Part shown: positions 1-8,490 of the stretch, piece by piece
Layout of the letters: every line of letters starts with the position of its first letter
Position numbering within the stretch: position 1 is the first letter of the stretch
Source: an uncultured Fibrobacteraceae bacterium
Lineage (GTDB): Bacteria > Krumholzibacteriota > Krumholzibacteriia > LZORAL124-64-63
Direction of reading: 5' to 3'
Length of the DNA: 64,000 nt
Assembly (NCBI GenBank): GCA_964343835.1
Contig: CAYFKR010000008.1
Coordinates: forward strand, 64,318-128,317
Position numbers and translations under genes: made by a program
Notes under the pieces: generated by a model
What the model was told of the DNA's origin: nothing
The model's input: the letters and a program-made list of their open reading frames with translations, nothing else
Database searches by the model: none

Positions 1-375
1 CTTGTGCATCATGGCGTCCTCGTGGCTCTCCAGAACGCCGTCGCTCCACACGACCTTCCAGAGGGACTCCACCACCGCCAGCTTGCGGTCCCGGGGAAAG
101 CGGTCCTTCACCAGACGGGTGAACTGGTACAGGTCGTTGCTGTCCTCGCGCTCGCGGCGGGCGAGTTCCACCAGCGCGTCCACCTGGTCCCGGTCCATGG
201 GGAAATGGCTGCGGATGGCGGCGGCGACGGCTTCGCGCTCCTCATCGGCGAACTCGTCGTCCGCCAGGGCCACTTCCAGCAGCAGGGCGCAGGTGGCCAG
301 GCGCAGGCCGTTGTCGTCGTCGCCCGGGGCGGCGTCGATCTCCTCGTCGAAGAAGCGCTTGATGGCCGACAGCAC
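1..375 (-). CDS. TerB-like (tellurite-resistance TerB / DjlA-N family) protein, N-terminal part; runs off window start
   Basis: Minus-strand translation from GTG at 375: VLSAIKRFFDEEIDAAPGDDDNGLRLATCALLLEVALADDEFADEEREAVAAAIRSHFPMDRDQVDALVELARRERE... Acidic amphipathic helical pattern typical of the TerB domain. The plus-frame ORF 4..471 is its mirror artefact. Confidence 0.45.
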   Translation of the reverse strand, partial: MLSAIKRFFDEEIDAAPGDDDNGLRLATCALLLEVALADDEFADEEREAVAAAIRSHFPMDRDQVDALVELARREREDSNDLYQFTRLVKDRFPRDRKLAVVESLWKVVWSDGVLESHEDAMMHK

Positions 376-376
376 G

Positions 377-1524
377 CTAGTCCTCCTCTACGCGGGTCCA
401 GGACGGACCGGGGAGCACCAGCACCTCGTAGGGGATGGTGTCGAGCCAGCCGGCCATCTGTTCCGCGGTGATGATCTCGTCGCCCTGGCGACCGAGGAGC
501 ACGGCCTCGTCGCCGCTCTCCACGCCGGGGATGTTGGTCACGTCGACCATGGTCAGGTTCATGCAGACGCGGCCCACCACCGGGGCCCGTCGCCCCTGGA
601 GCAGCACGTGGGCGCGCCCGGACAGGGCCCGGGGATAGCCGTCGGCGTAGCCCACCGGCAGCACCGCGATGCGGCTGTCGGTGCCCGCCTTCCAGCTCCG
701 TCCGTAGCCGACGGTCCTGCCTGCCTCCACCGTCCGCACCTGGGACACCCCGCAGCGCCAGCTCAGGGCGGGCTGCAGGTCCAGGTCGCCGTGGCCGGCG
801 GCCCGGGCCGAGACGAGGGTCTCCTTCGAGGGCCAGATGCCGTAGGCCGACACGCCCACGCGCACCATGTCCGCGCCGTTGTCGGGCCAGAGGATCGCCG
901 CCGCGCTGCACGACATGTGCCGCTGCAGGTCGTCGCGCCCCCGGTCGGCCAGCAGGCCGAGCCAGGCGTCGAAACGGTCCGACTGTTCCCGGGCGAAGCC
1001 GTGGTCGGTGGTGTCCTCGATGTCGGCGAAGTGACTGGAGACGCCCACGAGCCGTACGCCCGGCGACGAATCCAGGGCCGCGAGCACCTCGTCCAGTTCG
1101 GTCTCGACGATGCCCTGGCGGTTCACCCCGGTCTCCACCTTGAGGTGGACGCGCAGGGGCCGGTCGGCGCCCGTTGCGGCGGCCGCCGCGTCCCACGCCC
1201 CGGCCAGCGAGGCCACGGTGATCTCCACGCCCGAGCGGGCCATGAGCACCGCGTCGTCCCGCACCAGGGGCCCCAGGACCAGCACGGGAGCGGCCACGCC
1301 TGCCGTGCGCAACGCGCAGGCCTCAGCCGCCGAATGCACGCCCAGCACGTCGGCGCCGCCCTCGAGGAAGGCGCCGGCCGCCGTCACCAGGCCGTGGCCG
1401 TAGGCGTCGGCCTTGACCACGGCGAGCAGGCGCGCGTCGTCGGGCAGATGACGCCGGAAGCACTGCACGTTGTGACGCAGGGCTCCGCGATGGACCACGA
1501 TCCTCAGCCAGCCTGTGGGATTCA
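377..1524 (-). CDS. alr: alanine racemase
   Basis: AVVKADAYGHG PLP-lysine motif and RIVVHRGALRHN N-terminus. Probable TTG start at 1524, 5 nt after GGGGAGG. The ORF-track start at 1588 is probably upstream of the true start. Confidence 0.85.
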
Positions 1525-1628
1525 ACGATTCCTCCCCTGGAACGGAAAACGGCCGCGCCGGTCGGGGCGCGGCCGCCCCGCGAAACAATGCGGCAACGGG
1601 CCGTCGGAGGCCAGGGCTAATGCAGGGG

Positions 1629-2120
1629 TCAGACGATGCCCTTCTTCTCCGCCTTGCGCTTGGCGCAACCCGCCTCGTCGGCGCACTTGCCGTACAGCTC
1701 CAGGCGGTGACGGTGGATGACGAAGTCGTGCTCCTCCGCCAGCTTTTCCTGCAGGGCCTCGAGCTCGGGGGTGAAGAACTCGAAGATCTTGCCGCACTCC
1801 TGGCAGATCATGTGGTCGTGGTGCTCGACCTGGCTGTGCCCCTCGTAGCGGGCGAGTCCGTCGCCGAACCGGCGCTCCTCCACCAGTCCGCTCTCCACCA
1901 GCAGGTGCAGGGTCCGGTAGACGGTGGCATAGCCGATCTTGGGGTTGACCGCCTTGACCTGGCGCAGGAGTTCCTCCACGGAAATGTGGCCCCGCATGGC
2001 GAAGAACACGCTCACGATGGTGCTGCGCTGCTTGGTCGACTTCAGGCCGCGGGTCTGGATGAACTTCTGGAACTCGCGTTCCTTCTCGGTCACGACATCG
2101 GCGGGAACAGTCTTCTCCAT
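1629..2120 (-). CDS. fur: Fur-family transcriptional regulator
   Basis: HHDHMICQECGKIFEF... and HRLELYGKCADEAGCAKRK metal-site motifs. DNA-binding N-terminus starting at MEKTVPADV (ATG at 2120). Confidence 0.8.
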   Translation of the reverse strand: MEKTVPADVVTEKEREFQKFIQTRGLKSTKQRSTIVSVFFAMRGHISVEELLRQVKAVNPKIGYATVYRTLHLLVESGLVEERRFGDGLARYEGHSQVEHHDHMICQECGKIFEFFTPELEALQEKLAEEHDFVIHRHRLELYGKCADEAGCAKRKAEKKGIV

Positions 2121-2124
2121 GGCC

Positions 2125-2191
2125 ACGGACGCCACCTTCCTCGAACAAATGAGAGTGAACCTGATATCCAAATTCAGATGATATGGATAAC
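2125..2191 (-). promoter_or_regulatory. AT-richer promoter region upstream of fur with a Fur-box-like segment (GATGATATGGATAACTCAAT)
   Basis: GC drops locally. The sequence has partial matches to the GATAATGATAATCATTATC Fur-box consensus. Position fits fur autoregulation. Confidence 0.3.
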
Positions 2192-2992
2192 TCAATCCCT
2201 ACGGGGTGTCAAGGCGTTGGGTTCGATCCCGGTGCGGATGGCGTATCCGGCCCCCTCGGGCACGACCCACAGGTAGCCGAGCCCCCAATGGAGGGTCACC
2301 GCCTCGCCGCGACGGAAGTAGGACCCGGCGTCCACTGTCCCGTTCCAGCGGCTGCCGCCCCGGGTGAGGCGATCCATGCGGCCGGTGGCGTAATCGGTGA
2401 TCCAGAGGTGGTTGCCGTCGTGGGCCACGCCGCAGGGCGAGAAGCCGGGGGCGGGTCGGGAGCGGGTGACGTCCTCGGCCTCGGGGTCGAACCGGTCCAG
2501 TCGACCCCGGTCGCGGTCCACGAGCCAGAGCGAGGTCCCGTCCCAGCTCATGTCCAGGACGCGGTGGCCGGGCAGCTCGTATTCCGCCTCCACGTAGAGG
2601 GTGTCGGCCTCGAGCTGGACCAGGGAGGAGCGGAAGCCGTCGTGGGCGTCGTTGATGCACCAGAGCCACTTGCCGTCGTAGGCCACGCCCCGGGTCGCCG
2701 TGCCGGTGAGGTCGTGCTCCCGCAGCACCTCCCCTTCCCGGTCCGTCCACACGAGGGTCACGCTGAGCGGAGGGGCGTCGACGACCGTGTCGGGCTCCGC
2801 CACCAGGGCGATGGTCGTGTCGTCGCTGATCCAGGCCAGGCCGCGGAGCTCGAAGTCGGTGAAGACGACGGTGTCCGGAGCCGCCAGGCGCATGCCGGGC
2901 GTCTGGGCCACGGCCGCACAGGCGGTCGCCAGCAGGACGGTCGCAAGGAATGCTGCGCGCGTCGCGGTGCGCATGTCACTTCCGGTCTTCAT
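2192..2992 (-). CDS. secreted beta-propeller-repeat protein (glutaminyl-cyclase / SMP-30-like repeats)
   Basis: Signal peptide MRTATRAAFLATVLLATACAAVAQ. Recurring blade-like motifs DGKWLWCIND, DGTSLWLVDRD, DGNHLWITD. Confidence 0.45.
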   Translation of the reverse strand: MKTGSDMRTATRAAFLATVLLATACAAVAQTPGMRLAAPDTVVFTDFELRGLAWISDDTTIALVAEPDTVVDAPPLSVTLVWTDREGEVLREHDLTGTATRGVAYDGKWLWCINDAHDGFRSSLVQLEADTLYVEAEYELPGHRVLDMSWDGTSLWLVDRDRGRLDRFDPEAEDVTRSRPAPGFSPCGVAHDGNHLWITDYATGRMDRLTRGGSRWNGTVDAGSYFRRGEAVTLHWGLGYLWVVPEGAGYAIRTGIEPNALTPRRD

Positions 2993-3872
2993 CGGCGGTC
3001 TCCTGTTCGGGCGTCGCCGGCGGCGACCAGGTCAGCAGGACGCGGGCGTCCCAGGGGCGGTCCCCATCGTCGCCCACGTGGCGCTCGGCGCGCAAGCTCC
3101 AACACGCGCCGTCGCTCCGGCGGTGCGAGGCCTGCAGGGCCGCCACGCGGCGGGAATCGTCGTCGGACTCCTCGACACGGAAGGCGGCGGTCACGATCCA
3201 GCCCCCGCCCGGCCGCACGACGGCTTCGGCCGAGAACGCATCGCGCCCGCCGACGGCGCCGACGCCGAGCATGTCGCCGGCCGCCCCGGTATCCACGGTG
3301 CGGGATGCACCAAGGACCAGCGCGGCCCGGGAGCCGAGCCCCACCACGCGACGCAGGGCCGCCCGTGCGGACACGCCGCGCACGGCGTAGGGATAGAGCT
3401 CATTGGAGGCGAAGGGCATCCACACGCTCAGGGCGTGCCTGGCGTCGCCGATCAGCGGCCAGCGGGAGCGGCCCACCAGCCCGACCTCGGGGCGGTCCCA
3501 CCCCGCATGCCTGTCGTTGGCGCGCCACAGGCCGAGGGCCACGGTGTCCGGCTCGTCGACGGCGACGACCGACGGCCAGCGGTCCGCGGCATGGAGTCCG
3601 GCATCGTCGAAGGACACGTGCCCCCAACGCACGTAGAGCCGCGACGACCCCGTCCGGCCGGCGGGCAGGGTCAGGCCCACCCGTGTGGCGGACCACTGCG
3701 TGGCGTCGTCTTCGGCCAGGGATGCCTGGACGGACCAGCCGGCGCCGTCGTCCAGCAGGAACCAGGGAGGGGCTTCGGTCTCGGGGGAACGGGCCGACGC
3801 CGCGGCCGCGATCGCCAGCACGCAAAGGACGACGGCCGCAGCGGTGCGGGCGCTACCCGGGCCGGGAACCAT
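2976..3872 (-). CDS. hypothetical secreted protein
   Basis: Protein-like sequence with signal peptide MVPGPGSARTAAAVVLCVLAIAAAASA when started at 3872. Overlaps its neighbours in operon fashion. Confidence 0.4.
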   Translation of the reverse strand: MVPGPGSARTAAAVVLCVLAIAAAASARSPETEAPPWFLLDDGAGWSVQASLAEDDATQWSATRVGLTLPAGRTGSSRLYVRWGHVSFDDAGLHAADRWPSVVAVDEPDTVALGLWRANDRHAGWDRPEVGLVGRSRWPLIGDARHALSVWMPFASNELYPYAVRGVSARAALRRVVGLGSRAALVLGASRTVDTGAAGDMLGVGAVGGRDAFSAEAVVRPGGGWIVTAAFRVEESDDDSRRVAALQASHRRSDGACWSLRAERHVGDDGDRPWDARVLLTWSPPATPEQETADEDRK

Positions 3873-4455
3873 CGTCCTCGATGAGCCGGACCAGGCCGGC
3901 CCCCTCGAAGCGGACCTTGACCACCCGGCGGGCGCCGGGCAGCTGCTCTTTGGCGAGTACGATTCCATGGTCGTCCCAGGCCAGATGGTGGATCACCGCG
4001 CCCACGTCGTAGGTCTTCCACGGGCGATAGGGCTCGGCCCGTGAGACGTCCATGGTCTCCAGGAGTTCCAGGCCCTCGTCGGGGTCCTCGGCCGGCTCCT
4101 CGTCGGCATCACCCTCCGCCGGCTCCGCGGCCGGTTCACCGATCACCGTGTCCGCGGCTGCGGGGGCGGGCTCGTCAGCCTCGTCGGCCGTCGGCTCCTC
4201 CTCCACGGGCGCGGTCTCGGGCTCCGGCTCGATGTTCGCGACGGCGGTCTCCTCGGCGGCCGCCTCCTGGCCGGACTCATCGGCCGGGCCAGCGGTGGAG
4301 TCCAGCAGCTCCGGAGGCAGACTGGCGCGCACCTTGGGCAGGTACCCCTTGCACATGGGGCACTGCAGCCAGATGACGCCGTCGTCGTCGTCGGTGGGGA
4401 CGACGTGCATCTCGTACTCGGCCTTGCAGACGGAGCAGTACTGGGAAATCTTCAT
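3853..4455 (-). CDS. zinc-ribbon protein with long acidic Pro/Ala/Glu-rich linker and small C-terminal domain
   Basis: N-terminus CSVCK...CPMCKG (C4 ribbon). About 90 aa of linker with E/D/P/A low complexity. C-terminal WKTYDVGAVIHHLAWDDHGIVL... domain. Confidence 0.5.
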   Translation of the reverse strand: MKISQYCSVCKAEYEMHVVPTDDDDGVIWLQCPMCKGYLPKVRASLPPELLDSTAGPADESGQEAAAEETAVANIEPEPETAPVEEEPTADEADEPAPAAADTVIGEPAAEPAEGDADEEPAEDPDEGLELLETMDVSRAEPYRPWKTYDVGAVIHHLAWDDHGIVLAKEQLPGARRVVKVRFEGAGLVRLIEDDGSRPG

Positions 4456-4507
4456 GACGACCTGATCCGGGAGGGATGACGTGTCGGCGTGAAGCGGCGC
4501 GGTCCCC

Positions 4508-4690
4508 TCACGGGAGGATCTTGCAACAGATCTCCGCCTCGTCCTTGGCGGAGTAGCGCATGCCGCAGGTCAGACACTTGTAGTTGCCGTCGAGGCGTCC
4601 CTCGGACTCGGCCTTGGCGAGCAGTCGCTCGAACTTGACGTAGGACTTGTCCTTGACCAGAAGCTCTTTCTCATCACGAATCCGCTGCAT
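4508..4690 (-). CDS. small (60 aa) Cys-rich zinc-binding protein
   Basis: Start MQRIRDEKELL... preceded by a GGAGG RBS. C-terminal CLTCG...EICC cysteine cluster. Confidence 0.45.
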   Translation of the reverse strand: MQRIRDEKELLVKDKSYVKFERLLAKAESEGRLDGNYKCLTCGMRYSAKDEAEICCKILP

Positions 4691-4862
4691 CCCGGTTCCT
4701 CCTTGAAACACTCCCCGGCCGCGGGGCGGACGTGGAGTCGGATCGCAATTCGTTCGGACGTGTCGGCCCATTCGGATGTCGCGCGGTATCCTAACGCACG
4801 GCGCACGGAGAGTCAACCGGGCCGGGCCGGATTCGCGTTCGATGGTGGATGCGTAGAGGGGA

Positions 4863-5720
4863 TCAGCCGGCGCGAGCGGACATCTCGTCGTCGCCTTCGT
4901 CCACGTCCTCGAGGAGCGAGGTGAGACGATAGAGGTCGCTGAAAGCCTCGGCGCCGTGATCGACGGCCTGGTTCACGGCGTGCGACAGCACGTGGGCGGT
5001 GGCCAGGGCATCCTCGCCGGCGCGGTGCGGCCGGTCGTGGGTCACGGCGAAACTGTCGGCCAGGTCCTGCAGACGCCAGCCTCCGAGGTCGGGCCACAGC
5101 TGCTGGGACAGGCGGAGGGTGCAGAGTCCCGGCATCTCGGGCATGGCGTAGCCGTGACGCTGGAGTTCCCAGCCGAGGAAGTTCAGGTCGAAGCGCACGT
5201 CGTGGGCCACGAACGCGGAGCCTCCGCGCAACAGGTCCATGACGATGGGCGCGACGTCGGCGAACGACGGAGCGTCCTGCAGGTCACTGGGACGGATGCC
5301 GGTGAGGCGGCGGATGCGGCCGGAGATGGGGCGCTCGGTCTTGACGAGGCTGCTGAACGTCTGGGTCACGCGACCGCCCTCGAGGACGGCGATGCCCACC
5401 TCGATGATGCGGTCCACGCCGATCAGGCTGCCCGTGGTCTCCAGGTCCACAACCACGTAGCGCAGGTCGTCGATGTCGCGGTCCAGGAAACCGGCGTCCA
5501 GGGCGACCCAGCGGGCGTCGTGGGCACGGATCGCCGAGGGCTCGTCCTCCAGGATGTTGCGCACCACGAGCTGCGCCACCGGATCCTCGTGCCGGCCGGG
5601 ACCGAAGAGGTGGCGGGCGATCTCCTGGGACGTACAGCTACGGTCGGAACTCAGGAGGAAGCCGTGGGCGTCCGCCCTGAGCTGAGTCAGTTCGTTCGAA
5701 AGCATACCCAATGATAACAT
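4863..5720 (-). CDS. DnaQ-like 3'-5' exonuclease (DEDDh, epsilon-subunit family) with an N-terminal extension
   Basis: Exo I motif VVVDLETTG, Exo II FVAHDVRFD, Exo III HRAGEDALATAHV. Confidence 0.75.
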   Translation of the reverse strand: MLSLGMLSNELTQLRADAHGFLLSSDRSCTSQEIARHLFGPGRHEDPVAQLVVRNILEDEPSAIRAHDARWVALDAGFLDRDIDDLRYVVVDLETTGSLIGVDRIIEVGIAVLEGGRVTQTFSSLVKTERPISGRIRRLTGIRPSDLQDAPSFADVAPIVMDLLRGGSAFVAHDVRFDLNFLGWELQRHGYAMPEMPGLCTLRLSQQLWPDLGGWRLQDLADSFAVTHDRPHRAGEDALATAHVLSHAVNQAVDHGAEAFSDLYRLTSLLEDVDEGDDEMSARAG

Positions 5721-5736
5721 GCGGTTCAGGGCGCCA

Positions 5737-6561
5737 TCAACCCCCCGACCCGATGGGGGTTCGGCCGAAGGAGATCAGCTCCATGGTCTCGGCCTTCACC
5801 TGGGGCGGCGGCTGGCGGCGGCGACCCGGCGGATCCACCTCCGAACGGGTCTCGGCGCGCTCCACGGCATGGACCACGCCCAGGAACGGCACGGTGTCGT
5901 GGAGGGCGACGGTGACGGTCCGCACGTGGATCTGCAGGAGTCGTCCCCTCGGCAGATCGAGGGTCGTGGTGTCCCGGGACGACAGCGCCAGTCCGTCGCA
6001 CATCAGGGTCACGCCGTCCACCCAGCGGGTCGTGGGATCCAGGGGTTCGCGGTCGTCGGGCGTGAAGCCGCCGGACAGGGCCAGGGACAGCAGGGGATCC
6101 TCGCGCCATTCGCGATCGGGGATCGGGCGGTCGCGGCCGCCGTCGCGCCGGACCACGTCGGAGACCCGGTCCCGCAGGTCGGCGTCGCCGTCGCGGGCGA
6201 GGGTGAAGGTCCACACGCCGTCGTCCAGGACATGGAGACCGTCGCGGTCCTCGGCCACCGGGGCCACCTCGAGGCGCCAGGCGTCGCCGCCGGCGTCGAG
6301 GCAACGGATGCGCAGGACGTCGTCGGTGCGGCGTCCCGCCTCGAAGGCGGACATGCGGTAGATGGCCCAGTCGCCGTCCGCGACGACGGGCCCCCGCGCC
6401 GAGGCGTCCCAGAGGGTGAAGAGGTCGAGGGCCTGGGAAGGGGCCGGCCAGGCCAGGACGGCCAGGGACAATGCGAGCACGGCCGGTCCCCGGAGGGACC
6501 GGCCGGCGTTCGCGGGCCGTCGGGCCCGGTCAGTGTGCGATCTTCTGCCAGTATTCGTCAT
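5737..6561 (-). CDS. hypothetical secreted protein
   Basis: Signal-like LRGPAVLALSLAVLAWPAPSQA, then a D/R-rich soluble domain. Start uncertain (ATG at 6561 or internal GTG). Confidence 0.4.
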   Translation of the reverse strand: MTNTGRRSHTDRARRPANAGRSLRGPAVLALSLAVLAWPAPSQALDLFTLWDASARGPVVADGDWAIYRMSAFEAGRRTDDVLRIRCLDAGGDAWRLEVAPVAEDRDGLHVLDDGVWTFTLARDGDADLRDRVSDVVRRDGGRDRPIPDREWREDPLLSLALSGGFTPDDREPLDPTTRWVDGVTLMCDGLALSSRDTTTLDLPRGRLLQIHVRTVTVALHDTVPFLGVVHAVERAETRSEVDPPGRRRQPPPQVKAETMELISFGRTPIGSGG

Positions 6562-7870
6562 AGTCGAAGTCCGGGCTGTTCTCCTCGTCGTGGCACTGCG
6601 TGCAGCTCTCGCGGGCGGCGGCCAGCCAGTCGCCGCTGCGGTCGTGCTCGGTACCGTAGCCGTGGCAGGCCTCGCACTGCACGTTGGAGAGGCGGTTGCG
6701 CGGCGGGCGGTCGTCGTAGCCGCCCTTGTAGAGGTATCCGGTGGTGTGGCAGACCAGGCACTCGGGGCTCTGGGCCTGGCCCTTGCGCGCCAGGGTCGTG
6801 AACGCGGCCTGGTGGCCGGTGTCGCGCAGGGTCTCCCACACGTCCATGTGGCACTTGCGGCATTCGCGCTCGGTCAGGAACGACTCGTCGTCGGAACCCT
6901 TGGTGGGCTGGTAGGGCCCGCGGGAGGCCAGGCGGAAGTCCTCCAGGTGCACCTTGAAGTCGTTCACGCGCTGGAGCATGACCGGGTCGTCGGCCATGGT
7001 CTCACCCAGTTCGGTGACGGTCACGTCGAAGGCCTTCAGGTGGCCGTCGGTGGCCAGGTCCACGTCCATGCGACCCACGTTGCGGCCCTCGAAGGAGGAG
7101 CCGATCAGGCAGGTACGGTCCACCACGCGCTCGGTGCGGTAGGGGCGGCGGCTGTGACCCACCAGGCAGACGTCGATGCCCTTCACGTCGCGCAGCAGCT
7201 GCTCCACCTTGGTGTCGCCCACGTGAGCCAGCACGATGACGTTCTGGGCTCCCTCGGCACGCATGCGCGGGATGAGCTCGCGGAGGGTCTCCACGGGATC
7301 GCCGATGGTGTAGATCTCGTCCTTGGCGCTCATGGTGGTGATGCGCTGCTGGGGATCCATCACCGAGCAGATGCCGAAGGTGAAGCCGGCCCGGTCGACC
7401 ATCAGGTACTCGGGCAGGATCAACTCGCCCGCCTCGTTGCGCACGTTGGCGCTGGTGAAGGGCAGCGAGTAGGTGTCGATCATCTCGCGGAGATAATCGA
7501 TGCCGTAGTTCAGGTCCTTCTCGCCGAGGGCGATGGCGTCGTAGCCGAACTCGCTGTGGACCTCGCAGAGGAAACGGGTCTGCTCGCGCTCCATGCGCGT
7601 GCGGGGGCCGAACATGTCGCCGCCGTCGAGCATGAGCACGGGCTTGCCGGTGTTCCAGATCTCGTCGAGGATCAAGGCACGTCGGGGCAGACCGCCCCGC
7701 TTGTTGCTCTTTCAGCCACAGGGCTCGATCTTGCCCCCCACGTCGCCGGTGTAGACCATGATCATCTGGGTCCAGGGGCCGTCGTCGGCCTGGTCGGCGA
7801 GGGCCGTCGCGGCGGCCAGGAGAGTCGCCAGGGCCAGCAGGACCGCGACCGGCAGTACGGATCGTCGCAT
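6530..7870 (-). CDS. signal peptide / degenerate 5'-nucleotidase-type metallophosphatase domain / tetraheme cytochrome c fusion, with an in-frame TGA (candidate selenocysteine) at about 7711-7713
   Basis: One continuous minus-strand frame: MRRSVLPVAVLLALATLLAAATALA (signal) ...YTGDVGGKIEPCG-TGA-KSNKRGGLPRRALILDEIWNTGKPVLMLDGGDMFG...AIALGEKDLNYG...VIVLAHVGD...CLVGHSRRP... Then four heme motifs: CRKCH, CLVCH, CEACH, CTQCH. A cytochrome c requires export, so the signal peptide upstream of the TGA must belong to the same polypeptide. Coordinates may be off by about 1 nt relative to the ORF track. Confidence 0.6.
7682..7698 (-). other. SECIS-like hairpin 12 nt downstream of the in-frame UGA (CGGGGC-GGUCU-GCCCCG)
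   Basis: Perfect 6-bp GC stem with apical loop GGUCU. It mimics the GCA-GGUCU-GCA apical element of the E. coli fdhF SECIS, at the canonical spacing from the UGA. Confidence 0.5.
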
Positions 7871-7995
7871 ATCGTAGACTCCGTCGGAATCGGTTCGGAA
7901 GATGTGTCAGGGCCGCCGTTCTACGGCGTGGAGGCGGGTGGAGTTCCCGCCTCGCCTTTCATTATACCGCCGCGGCGGAACCCGGGCAAGACGCG

Positions 7996-8030
7996 AGGAG
8001 GGGCGGCCCGAAGGCCGCCCCTCTCCTTTT
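7996..8030. terminator. GC-rich hairpin followed by TTTT (GGAGGGGCGGCC-cgaa-GGCCGCCCCTCC-TTTT)
   Basis: Perfect 12-bp stem seen directly. The T-run follows it on the plus strand, so its orientation relative to the flanking minus-strand genes is odd. Confidence 0.3.
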
Positions 8031-8046
8031 CGTCGAAACCTCGACC

Positions 8047-8343
8047 CTACTTCTTGCCGACGCGGTCCTTGAGGGACTTGCCGGCCGAGAAGGCGGGGTA
8101 CTTGGTCGCCGGGATCATGATCTCGGCGCCGGTCTGGGGGTTGCGTGCCTTGCGCTTCTTGCGGTTGCGGCGCTCGAAGGTGCCGAAGCCCGTCAGCTGG
8201 ACCTTCTTCCCCTTCGCCACCTCGGTAGCGATGATGCCCTCGCGGGGCACGGTGGAGAAGATGGCGTTCACTGCGGACGAAGCATCCTTCTTCGTCATTC
8301 CGGTCTTCTTGACCAAGGCTTCGATGAGTTCGGTCTTGTTCAT
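8047..8343 (-). CDS. hup: HU-family DNA-binding protein
   Basis: [29 protein letters not shown]...[24 protein letters not shown]...; HU/IHF fold signature. Confidence 0.8.
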   Translation of the reverse strand: MNKTELIEALVKKTGMTKKDASSAVNAIFSTVPREGIIATEVAKGKKVQLTGFGTFERRNRKKRKARNPQTGAEIMIPATKYPAFSAGKSLKDRVGKK

Positions 8344-8490
8344 TACAGATCACCTCCTGAAGCCGATGGAACCCGCCCCCATGGGAAGTGTCAACACAAA
8401 AATCGCGAAAACCCGCCCCCAGAGCGGGCTCCCGGAATCGCACACGGCGCATGTCCAGTCGGATCAAGGCGTTTCAGCCCGAGCTTAAAG

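Noticed and set aside
2-1720. 572-aa plus-strand ORF covering the alr region
   Set aside because: Arg/Ala/Gly-rich nonsense composition typical of an off-frame or antisense ORF in about 70%-GC DNA. The opposite strand encodes alanine racemase with clear motifs.
7711-7713. Alternative reading of the in-frame TGA as a genuine stop or frameshift (pseudogene)
   Set aside because: Not fully excluded. It is disfavoured because there is no frame change across the site. The downstream part (a c-type cytochrome) would lose its signal peptide. An fdhF-like SECIS hairpin sits at the canonical distance. Kept as a finding with explicit refutation criteria.
7871-8046. Searched the 7.87-8.05 kb and 43.98-44.40 kb intergenic regions for tRNA or other structured RNA genes
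   Set aside because: No cloverleaf-compatible acceptor/T-arm signatures (for example GGTTCGAATCC-like T-loops) were found. Only a hairpin terminator-like element was seen.
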